Positions 46,594 through 54,519 of a stretch of DNA of 64,000 nt are shown here, in pieces (position 1 is the stretch's first letter; each line of letters starts with the position of its first letter). The stretch covers positions 5,385-69,384 of the forward strand of contig DASWJQ010000108.1 of NCBI GenBank assembly GCA_036397095.1. Reading direction: 5' to 3'. The stretch comes from Anaerolineales bacterium. Lineage in GTDB: Bacteria > Chloroflexota > Anaerolineae > Anaerolineales > E44-bin32. A program made the translations under genes and the position numbers. The notes below the pieces were generated by a model. It had not been told where the DNA came from. It was given only the letters and a program-made list of their open reading frames with translations, and searched no databases.

Positions 46594-46648
46594 GTTGCTT
46601 CCTCCATCAAGTAGTGGGCAGGCCGGATCCCGACCTGAGTCGGGTCAG

Positions 46649-48139
46649 CTAGCTCTCTCGCTCTGCTCGGATCTCGTCAAGGATGCGCACGACCATCGAC
46701 TCGATCCGCTGGATATCTACCTCGTTTGGCACCTGGGCGCCAGCCACCGCCGGCGCGGCCGCGCCAAAGATAGAATCGGGCGGCGGGTTGCGCTCAAAGG
46801 CCAACCGTTTGGTGTCATACAGGTGGTGCACCGTGATGTTGTCGCCGGTGATCGATCGACCCTCGCCGCCCGATCCCAAGGTCATCGACGGCATGACATT
46901 CGTGGTATAGCCGATGGCGCCCAGCGTGCCAGGCGTGTTGACCAGAATGCGGAAAACGGGCTTCTCCAGGCCAAAGGCCATGATCACGTCATCGTCCTCG
47001 GCGTGAATCACCAGGCTGTGGCCGCGCCCGCCAAAGTGAATCAATTCGATGCAGCGGTCGCAGCCAGCGCGCCAGCCGTCGGTCTCGTACCAGCCGAGCA
47101 CTGTCGTCAGCTTCTCGCGCGACAGCGGCTCCTCCGGTCCGACCTTGTCAACCGGTGTCACCAGGATGCGAGCCGAAGCTGGCACTTCGAAGCCGGCCAT
47201 CGCCGCCAGCGTTTGCGGGGATTGGCCGACCGTCTTGACGTTGATGCCGCCGTCAGCCTGGAACAATGTCCGGCGCAATGCCTCGGATTCATCGGGGGAG
47301 GTGAAGTAGGCGCCTTCGGCTTGCATCCGGCTGCGCAGCGCGTCGGCGATGGGCCGGTCGGCGATCACATCCTGCTCGGTCGAGCAAATAACCGAGTGAT
47401 CGAAAGCCTTGCTGGCAACGATATAGCGGGCCGCCCGGTCGATATCGGCGCTGCGGTCAACGTAGCAAGGCACATTGCCCGGGCCGACGCCATAGGCCGG
47501 CTTGCCGACCGAATGGGCCGCCCGCACCATTGGCGTACCGCCGGTGGCCAGGATCAGGCTGGTGCGCTTGTGGCGCATCAGCTCCTGCGTGCCCTCCAGG
47601 CTGATGGTTTCGAGGCATTGGACCAGATTGGCCGGTGCCCCGGCGGCGACGGCCGCCTCGGCCATGATCCGTGATGTCTCCCGGCAGGCGCCGACCGCCG
47701 TCGGATGGGGGGCATGCACAATGGCATTGCGCGCTTTGACTGCGATCAGGGTCTTGAAGATGACCGTCGAGGTCGGGTTGGTGCTGGGGCTGAGGGCAGC
47801 CACAACGCCCACCGGCCAGGCGATTTCGATGATGCCTTTGGCATCGTCACGCCTAATAACTCCGACGGTTGGGATGTCGCGGATCGACTCCCACACCCGG
47901 CGTGAGCTGAACTGGTTCTTGATCGTCTTGTGGGCCGGTACGCCATAGCCCGTCTCGTCATGAGCCATTTGGCCCAGCCGTTCGGCGGCCTGATAGGCGG
48001 CGTCGGCCATCGCCTGGCAAATCCGATCGACCAGGTCCTGGGGAGCATCGGCAAACTGCAGGAAGGCCTGGTAGGCCGTCTCGGCCGCCCGCCGAGCTTC
48101 CTGGATTGACCTCAGGTCTTTGTCAAATGTCTCGGCCAT
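46649..48139 (-). CDS. CoA-acylating aldehyde dehydrogenase (EutE/PduP-like) with C-terminal encapsulation-peptide-like helix
   Basis: The catalytic Cys context FDHSVICSTEQ is present. The C-terminal tail NEVDIQRIESMVVRILDEIRAE follows an Ala/Pro linker. Confidence 0.9.
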   Translation of the reverse strand: MAETFDKDLRSIQEARRAAETAYQAFLQFADAPQDLVDRICQAMADAAYQAAERLGQMAHDETGYGVPAHKTIKNQFSSRRVWESIRDIPTVGVIRRDDAKGIIEIAWPVGVVAALSPSTNPTSTVIFKTLIAVKARNAIVHAPHPTAVGACRETSRIMAEAAVAAGAPANLVQCLETISLEGTQELMRHKRTSLILATGGTPMVRAAHSVGKPAYGVGPGNVPCYVDRSADIDRAARYIVASKAFDHSVICSTEQDVIADRPIADALRSRMQAEGAYFTSPDESEALRRTLFQADGGINVKTVGQSPQTLAAMAGFEVPASARILVTPVDKVGPEEPLSREKLTTVLGWYETDGWRAGCDRCIELIHFGGRGHSLVIHAEDDDVIMAFGLEKPVFRILVNTPGTLGAIGYTTNVMPSMTLGSGGEGRSITGDNITVHHLYDTKRLAFERNPPPDSIFGAAAPAVAGAQVPNEVDIQRIESMVVRILDEIRAERES

Positions 48140-48152
48140 CGGTCCGGCTCCC

Positions 48153-48443
48153 TCAGGATTTGCGGAATGTTACCTTGCCGTCGACCTCGAGCGAGTCGAT
48201 CACCGCCATGATGACGGTGTCGACAGGCGATTTGTCTGTCATGTCGGTCTGGCGAGCGGCGCTGCCCTGGGCGATCAGGACCAGTTCGCCGACGCCTGCG
48301 TCAACCACATCCACGCCGACCAGGGGCTTGCCCGTCACCTGACCGGTCTCATCAGTCTCACGCAGCACCAACAGCTTTCGCCCGTGCAGCTTGTCCTGCT
48401 TGATGGTGGCGATCGTAACCCCGACGACTTTGGCGATGCGCAT
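48153..48443 (-). CDS. BMC-P (EutN/CcmL-family) vertex protein
   Basis: Start moved to ATG 48443. MRIAKVVGVTIATIKQDKLHGRKLLVL...GVGELVLI. Confidence 0.85.
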   Translation of the reverse strand: MRIAKVVGVTIATIKQDKLHGRKLLVLRETDETGQVTGKPLVGVDVVDAGVGELVLIAQGSAARQTDMTDKSPVDTVIMAVIDSLEVDGKVTFRKS

Positions 48444-48456
48444 GCGGTCTCCTGGG

Positions 48457-48762
48457 TCAGCCCCGGTTATCCGGGTTGTGCAGTCGATCCTGGCCGGTCG
48501 GATCCGGGCTGGTGCTGTCCGTGCGGCGCCGCCGGTCGCGCTCATCGCGCTCCAGGTGGAGCAAAGTCTGCAGCTCCTGGACCGATTCTTCATCATACTC
48601 ACGCCGGCCGCATACATCGCAAATCCAGGCCGGGAAATCGGGGGCAGAGATGAACTCTCCTTGAAGCCAGGAGCAGTAGAAGGCCGTCCCCGGCTGCAGC
48701 GTCCCCAAATGGCACTCCGGGCAGGCGTAAGCGGCGGCTTCGAAGTTCTCGTCAGTAGCCAC
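48457..48762 (-). CDS. zinc-ribbon (YgiT-type-like) small protein inside the BMC operon
   Basis: CPECHLG...CDVCG forms two CxxC pairs and the tail is Arg/Asp-rich. The likely start is GTG 48762, overlapping the deoC 3' end by 11 nt. Confidence 0.5.
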   Translation of the reverse strand: MATDENFEAAAYACPECHLGTLQPGTAFYCSWLQGEFISAPDFPAWICDVCGRREYDEESVQELQTLLHLERDERDRRRRTDSTSPDPTGQDRLHNPDNRG

Positions 48763-49681
48763 GGGCGGCCTCGGTCTCCGGCTGCAGTTCACCGCGCGCC
48801 TCGCCGACAATGCGCACGCCAGCGCTGGCGCCGATGCGGGTGGCGCCGGCCTTGACCATGCTTCGGGCGTCTTGCAGGCCGCGGATGCCGCCGGCCGCCT
48901 TGATCCCCATCTGCGGTCCGACCACCTTGCGCATCAGGGCCACATCCGCAACGGTAGCGCCGCCCGGACCAAAGCCGGTCGAGGTCTTAACGAAATCAGC
49001 GCCCGCCTCCTTGGCCAGCAAGCAGCCGGCCACTTTCTCCTCTTCGGTCAGCAAAGCCATCTCGAGGATGACCTTGACCAGCGCATGGCGGGCGTGGGCC
49101 ACCTGCACGACACCGCGGATATCTTGTGCAACCGTGGTGTAGTCACCGCCCTTGAGCGCACCAATGTTGATGACCATATCGATTTCGGTGGCGCCATTCT
49201 TGATGGCGTCGAGCGCCTCGAAGGCTTTGACCTCGGGCAGGGTGGCGCCGAGGGGGAAGCCAATGACGGTACATACCTTGACCGGCGAGCCATCCAGCAA
49301 GTCCGCCGCCAACTTGACATGGGTTGGGTTGACGCAGACCGAAGCGAAGCCGTACTTGCGGGCCTCGAAGCACAATTGGGCAATCTGGTCGGGGGTGGCG
49401 TCGGCCTTGAGCAGGGTGTGGTCAATGGCCCGGGCCAGGGCCTCGTCGGCAGGCACGGCGCCCAGCGCTGACGAAACGCGGCTGGCGCCCGCTTGCACCA
49501 CCTGGCCGACGTCGTCGATACACGTCTGCACGCACAGCCCTTCGTAGCATTCTTGCTGGCAGACTACGCCCGACTGCTTCTCGCGCTCGGCGTCGGCCAG
49601 CGCCAGCAGCACTTCGCGGGTGACTGTCTCCACGATGGTTTGAACGAGCTGGCGATCGATGTCAGAGGGGGTCATAGGCAC
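48752..49681 (-). CDS. deoC: deoxyribose-phosphate aldolase (DERA) with ~85-aa N-terminal extension
   Basis: The core runs from [12 protein letters not shown] with Schiff-base Lys context FVKTSTGF and IKAAGGIR. The N-terminal extra region has an amphipathic helix and four Cys residues. Confidence 0.85.
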   Translation of the reverse strand: MPMTPSDIDRQLVQTIVETVTREVLLALADAEREKQSGVVCQQECYEGLCVQTCIDDVGQVVQAGASRVSSALGAVPADEALARAIDHTLLKADATPDQIAQLCFEARKYGFASVCVNPTHVKLAADLLDGSPVKVCTVIGFPLGATLPEVKAFEALDAIKNGATEIDMVINIGALKGGDYTTVAQDIRGVVQVAHARHALVKVILEMALLTEEEKVAGCLLAKEAGADFVKTSTGFGPGGATVADVALMRKVVGPQMGIKAAGGIRGLQDARSMVKAGATRIGASAGVRIVGEARGELQPETEAARGY

Positions 49682-49684
49682 TGG

Positions 49685-50230
49685 TCAGCGGCGGCTGAAA
49701 CGGCGTTCGATGTCACCGATTTTGTCCACTCGCCGGGCATGGCGGCCGCCGGCGAAAGCCGTTTCCAGCCAGACGGCCGTAATCTGGCGCGCCAGTTCCC
49801 TGTCAAGCAAACCCGAACCCAGGCAAAGGACGTTGGCGTCGTTGTGTTGGCGGGCATTGTTGGCGGTCGCCTGATTGTAGCATAGGGCCGCCCGCACGCC
49901 CGGCACCTTGTTGGCGGCCATGCAGCTGCCGATGCCGGCGCCATCGATCACAATGCCGCGCCAGGCGGCGCCAACCGCCACCTGGCGAGCGACGGCCTCA
50001 GCGATATCCGGGTAGTCCGTCGAGCCGTCCGGCCGCTGGCTGTGATCCTGGATCTGGTAGCCCAGGTCCGCCAGCCAGTCGAGCAAATCGACTTTCAGTT
50101 CCTGGCCCCGATGGTCGGCGCCGATGGCAATCGTCCGCAACCGGTCGGCCTGCCAGCTGCCGCCGGTGGTTTCGGCAACCACGCGGGCAATCAGGGCCTC
50201 CAACTCGGCTTCGGAAATCGGCTGGGTCAT
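49685..50230 (-). CDS. rpiB: ribose-5-phosphate isomerase B (RpiB/LacAB family) with N-terminal extension
   Basis: The core is IAIGADHRG...GIGSCMAANKVPGVRAAL...HNDANVLCLG. The N-terminal AELEALIARVVAETT helix precedes it. Confidence 0.85.
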   Translation of the reverse strand: MTQPISEAELEALIARVVAETTGGSWQADRLRTIAIGADHRGQELKVDLLDWLADLGYQIQDHSQRPDGSTDYPDIAEAVARQVAVGAAWRGIVIDGAGIGSCMAANKVPGVRAALCYNQATANNARQHNDANVLCLGSGLLDRELARQITAVWLETAFAGGRHARRVDKIGDIERRFSRR

Positions 50231-50293
50231 CGGTTTTTCCGCCTTGGACCGGCCCCTGCGAGCGGTCGTTTGCCTGGGGCTAGGCTCATCGCA

Positions 50294-50302
50294 AAGCGGC
50301 GC
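50294..50302 (-). promoter_or_regulatory. extended -10 promoter (TGCTACAAT) for the BMC operon
   Basis: On the minus strand TGCTACAAT lies about 64 nt upstream of the rpiB ATG. The -35 is weak. Confidence 0.45.
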
Positions 50303-50324
50303 GATTGTAGCACAGCGGCCAGGC

Positions 50325-50930
50325 TCAGTTGCTGGCGGCGGTGGCGAGCTCGTAGTGGGGAATCAGGCCGATATCGGTGAGGGGCCAGTAGATCAGAACC
50401 GCTTTGCCGATGATCTCACTGAGCGGGAGCATGCCCCAGTTCTGCGAGTCCGACGAATTGTTGCGGTTGTCACCCAGGACGAACGCCTGATCGGGGCCGA
50501 CCTGCCATTCACCGCTGTATCGCGGGGCGGCCGCGATATACGGTTCGTCGAGCAGGTTGCCATTGACGTAGACCTGGCCACCTTGGATCTGTACAATGTC
50601 GCCCGGCTCGCCGACGATGCGTTTGATGAAACGCCGGCCGGTATCGAGCGGGAAATGAAAGACCACGATATCGCCGCGCGCCGGGTTATCGAGGCGATAG
50701 GCCAGCCGGTTGACGACCACGAACTCGCCGTCGTGCAGGCTGGGTTCCATGCTGTTGCCTTCGACCCGGATGCGCGCCGTCACCATGTTGACCAGCAGGA
50801 AGAGCAAGCCGGCAATGATCAGGGTCTGCGCCAGCTCTCCGAGGGTGCGAAGCAGGCGCCGGCCGAAACCAGGGGGCGCAGAGGCGCCCCACGTCGGGGG
50901 CGCCGGGTCGAAGCTGGCCGGATCGGACAT
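50325..50930 (-). CDS. lepB: signal peptidase I
   Basis: GNSMEPSL (catalytic Ser), FIKRIVGEPGD (Lys box) and VLGDNRNNSSDS. ATG 50930 is preferred over TTG 50966. Confidence 0.85.
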   Translation of the reverse strand: MSDPASFDPAPPTWGASAPPGFGRRLLRTLGELAQTLIIAGLLFLLVNMVTARIRVEGNSMEPSLHDGEFVVVNRLAYRLDNPARGDIVVFHFPLDTGRRFIKRIVGEPGDIVQIQGGQVYVNGNLLDEPYIAAAPRYSGEWQVGPDQAFVLGDNRNNSSDSQNWGMLPLSEIIGKAVLIYWPLTDIGLIPHYELATAASN

Positions 50931-50990
50931 GGATGGGATTATAAGAGGGCGCCAGGGGGCCGGCAAGGTGGACTGGAGTACGGTCGCCGG

Positions 50991-52361
50991 CTAGCTGCCA
51001 CTGCGCCGGCGGAAAGACAGGCGGAGCGGGGTGCCGAGGAAGCCATAGCGCTTCCGGATCTGGTTCTCCAGGAAGCGCTTGTAGGAAAAGTGCACCAGGC
51101 GCGGATCGTTGACATGGAATAGAAACGTGGGCGGGTCGGTGCGAACCTGGGAGCCATAGTAGAACCGCAGCTGCTTTCCAGAATGCGTTGGGGGTGGATG
51201 GGCCGCCAGCGCCTCGTCGAGCATGCGGTTGAACTCGCCGGTCGGTATGCGCCGCAATCGTTCTTCCTGAACCTGCAACGCAAGCGGCAGCACCCGGTCC
51301 ACCCGTTGACCGGTCAGCGCCGAGATGAACAGCACCGGCACGTGTGGCAGAAAGCGCAAGCGCTGCTGGACGTTGGCGGCGTAGTCGTCCATTGTGTGGG
51401 TGTCTTTGGGCACCAGATCCCACTTGTTGACCAGCACCACCACGCTGCGGTACTGGTCGATGATCAAGCCGGCGATGTGGGTGTCCTGGGCGGTCACCCC
51501 ATCGGTGGCATCGACCATCAACAGGGCCACATCGGCCCGTTCGATCGCCCGCAAGGCGCGCAGGACGGAATACTTCTCGACACCGGGTTCGACCTTGCCA
51601 CGGCGGCGAATGCCGGCGGTGTCAATCAGGACGATTTCCTGGCCGTGATAAACGAGCGTCGTGTCGACCGCATCGCGCGTCGTGCCAGGGATGTCCGACA
51701 CAATGACTCGCTCTTGGCCCAACAGCCGGTTGAGCAGGCTCGACTTGCCGGCATTCGGCTTGCCGACGATGGCAATGTGCACCCGCTCGTCGTCTTCGAT
51801 CGGCAGGGGCGGCCGCGGGCCAAGTACTCCGAGCAGGCGGTCGAGCATGTCGCCGGTGCCGGTCCCGTGCAGGGCCGAGATGGCCAGTGGTTCCCCGATG
51901 CCCAGTTCGTAGAAGGCGGCGGCCTCAGCCCGCCGCTGGGCGTTGTCACACTTGTTGACCACAAGCAGCACCGGGGCAGGCGCAGCACCTGTCGGGCCCC
52001 GCCGGCGCAGGATGTGGGCCACTTCAAGGTCCGCCGGCGTCGGCCCGGCCAATCCATCCACAATGAAGATGACTGCGTCGGCCTCGCGCGCCGCCAGCTC
52101 AGCCTGGGCGCGTATCGCCTGAATGTAGTCGGCCGAGTCGACCGACAGGGGCTCTCCACCGGCCAGCGCGGTTGGATCGATGCCGCCCGTATCCACAATG
52201 TTGAAAGTGACCCCTTGCCACTCGGAGTCGGCCACCAACCGGTCGCGCGTGGTCCCCGGCTTCTCGTCGACGACCGCCAGCCGTTCACCCGCCAGGCGGT
52301 TAAACAGGGTTGACTTACCGACATTGGGGCGCCCAACAAGCGCCACGACCGGCGAGGCCAT
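50991..52361 (-). CDS. der: ribosome-biogenesis GTPase Der (EngA)
   Basis: Two G-domains (GRPNVGKSTL and GKPNAGKSSL) and a KH-like C-terminus. Confidence 0.95.
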   Translation of the reverse strand: MASPVVALVGRPNVGKSTLFNRLAGERLAVVDEKPGTTRDRLVADSEWQGVTFNIVDTGGIDPTALAGGEPLSVDSADYIQAIRAQAELAAREADAVIFIVDGLAGPTPADLEVAHILRRRGPTGAAPAPVLLVVNKCDNAQRRAEAAAFYELGIGEPLAISALHGTGTGDMLDRLLGVLGPRPPLPIEDDERVHIAIVGKPNAGKSSLLNRLLGQERVIVSDIPGTTRDAVDTTLVYHGQEIVLIDTAGIRRRGKVEPGVEKYSVLRALRAIERADVALLMVDATDGVTAQDTHIAGLIIDQYRSVVVLVNKWDLVPKDTHTMDDYAANVQQRLRFLPHVPVLFISALTGQRVDRVLPLALQVQEERLRRIPTGEFNRMLDEALAAHPPPTHSGKQLRFYYGSQVRTDPPTFLFHVNDPRLVHFSYKRFLENQIRKRYGFLGTPLRLSFRRRSGS

Positions 52362-52363
52362 AT

Positions 52364-53611
52364 TTACTCTTGCGTCGGGACGGCGGTTGGAGTCGGGGGA
52401 GGGGTGTCGGTGATCGTCAGCTCGATCGTGTCCGGCAGCACCGACTGCACGTTGACCTCCGGCAGGGCGACGATCACCTCGGGGGTCAACTGGTGAGAGC
52501 CTTCGGCCAGCCCAAGCACGTCGATAATCACGCGCACGTCGCGCGGCTGCAAACCGTCCAACACCGGCAGGGGGCCGGTCAGGATCAGGCTGACGCTTTG
52601 GGGGGAGGCCAGGGCGTACAGTCCATCCTCCAGGCCCTGCACTTCGACCTCGCGTGTAATCGTGATCGAGGTCTCGATCGGGTCGATGCTGACGCGGACG
52701 AGCACGCTCTGCTCGCCCACGATCGAGACGCCGGTCGGCAGGTCAAGGCTAACCCGCCGTTCGAAGTCGTCGGTGACATTGGTCAACGAGACAGGCTCAG
52801 TTTCTACGAAGCCGCTCAATTCATTCATCGCCAGCGGGTCTGAAGCAAAAACGCGCACAAGCGTAGGCGAAACCGTGATCTGGGTCAGCTGGTAGCCCGG
52901 TTCGAGTTCACCTTCAATCTTGGGCAGCACCACCACCGAGCGGTAGCCACCGAGGTCCTCAATGCCAATCGTCACCCGGATGGTGGCCGGCTGGAGCGTG
53001 ACGCCGGCGACCGGGTTGCCGTTCTCGTCGAGCGGCAGTGGTTCAATCTGTTCAATCAGCGCCTGGCTGCGGCCGCTGATATCGATTTCGCTGGCCACCG
53101 TCGCGATCCGGCTGACGGCCGAATCGGGGCCAATGACCGTGACTTCGGCTGGTTCGAGTTGTGGGGCGGTAGCGCGGAAACCGACCGGCGGCTCACCGAC
53201 AATGTTGATTTCGACCGGGAATACGGCTGAGGCGGTAGGCTCGAGCGTAAGCGTCAAGTTGGCCGGCTCAATCCGGGTTATCTCAACCGGACGGGCGCCG
53301 ACCCGGTACTGCACCGGATAACGCCCTTCGCCGGTGGTGGCGCTGGCCAGATCGACCCACAGTTCGACATCGGCCTGCGACAGGCCGTTCCATACGGATT
53401 GGGGTGCCCGCAGGGTGACCCGGGCGGTCTCCGGTGGTTGGTTGACGATCATGAGCCCGGCGGGCTGGCTGCGCAGCTCGATCGGCACCGGGTTGGGCAG
53501 GGTGCGCTCTTCGACGGGGTCTTCGGCCGAAACGGCGGCGACCCAGACGGTGATGGCCAGCACCAGGGCCAGCAGGAGCGAACTCAGATTGCGCCAAAGC
53601 CAACGAAGCAT
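52364..53611 (-). CDS. cdaR: YbbR-domain protein (CdaR, diadenylate cyclase regulator)
   Basis: An N-terminal TM helix is followed by repeated YbbR-like beta modules, immediately downstream of cdaA. Confidence 0.8.
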   Translation of the reverse strand: MLRWLWRNLSSLLLALVLAITVWVAAVSAEDPVEERTLPNPVPIELRSQPAGLMIVNQPPETARVTLRAPQSVWNGLSQADVELWVDLASATTGEGRYPVQYRVGARPVEITRIEPANLTLTLEPTASAVFPVEINIVGEPPVGFRATAPQLEPAEVTVIGPDSAVSRIATVASEIDISGRSQALIEQIEPLPLDENGNPVAGVTLQPATIRVTIGIEDLGGYRSVVVLPKIEGELEPGYQLTQITVSPTLVRVFASDPLAMNELSGFVETEPVSLTNVTDDFERRVSLDLPTGVSIVGEQSVLVRVSIDPIETSITITREVEVQGLEDGLYALASPQSVSLILTGPLPVLDGLQPRDVRVIIDVLGLAEGSHQLTPEVIVALPEVNVQSVLPDTIELTITDTPPPTPTAVPTQE

Positions 53612-53620
53612 AGGTGGATC

Positions 53621-54499
53621 CTAACCGCGTCCGGCGACTTCCGCGCTGAAGCGGTTGAAGCGCTCGATGAGCCCTTCCAGCCACTCCGGCAGCAGTCGTG
53701 GGGCCTGTGGGCGGTAGAAGGCAATCAGAATGTTGCGCAGCCGGCTGGCGTCCAGCCGCCGGATCATGCGTCCGTTGTGGGCCACCGAAACCACGCCGCG
53801 CTCCTCCGACACGACCACGGCGACCGCATCACTGACCTCGCTGATCCCCAGGGCTGCCCGGTGGCGCAGGCCCATTTGGCGGTCGGGCGAGCGGGACAAT
53901 GTACCGCTGGCCGACAGGGGCAGCACGCACGATGCGGCCACTATCCGGTCGCCACGCACGATGACGGCCCCGTCATGCAAGGGTGTATTCAGGAAGAAGA
54001 TTTGCAGGAGCAGTTCGGCGGAAAGCATGGCGTCGAGCGGGACACCCGTCTCGATGTACTCCTCGAGCTGGACCTCCCGTTCGATGACGATCAACGCGCC
54101 ATGGTAATGGTCGGTCAGGCGTTGGGCGGCGGTGACGATGGCGTCGATCCGGACTTCGATCTCGCCGGGTTCGGCGTTGGCGGTCAGAATCGTGCCCGCA
54201 CGGCCGATGCGTTCCAGTGCCCGCCGGATCTCGGGGGCAAATATGACTGGAATGGCGACGAGCAAGGCAGGCAGGGCCGTCCTTAACAAGAAGGAAAATG
54301 CGGGCAGCTCTAGCAAACTGGTGAGCAGCGTGATGCCGATGAGAAGCAGGATCATCCCCCGCAGCAGCACAACGGCCTGGGTGCCACGAACGAGGGTCAG
54401 GATGAGGAAGAAGATGACCGTGACCAGAACGAGGTCAACAACGTCCAGCCAATCGACCCGCTGGAAGAGAAAGATCAGTTCATTGAGCAGGTCAGTCAC
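53621..54499 (-). CDS. cdaA: diadenylate cyclase CdaA
   Basis: GTG start. Three N-terminal TM helices precede a DAC domain (TPLHDGAVIVRGDRIVAA, GLRHRAALGISEVSDAVAVVVSEERG). Confidence 0.9.
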   Translation of the reverse strand: MTDLLNELIFLFQRVDWLDVVDLVLVTVIFFLILTLVRGTQAVVLLRGMILLLIGITLLTSLLELPAFSFLLRTALPALLVAIPVIFAPEIRRALERIGRAGTILTANAEPGEIEVRIDAIVTAAQRLTDHYHGALIVIEREVQLEEYIETGVPLDAMLSAELLLQIFFLNTPLHDGAVIVRGDRIVAASCVLPLSASGTLSRSPDRQMGLRHRAALGISEVSDAVAVVVSEERGVVSVAHNGRMIRRLDASRLRNILIAFYRPQAPRLLPEWLEGLIERFNRFSAEVAGRG

Positions 54500-54519
54500 G
54501 GTTGGTTGTCTGTCGGTTC

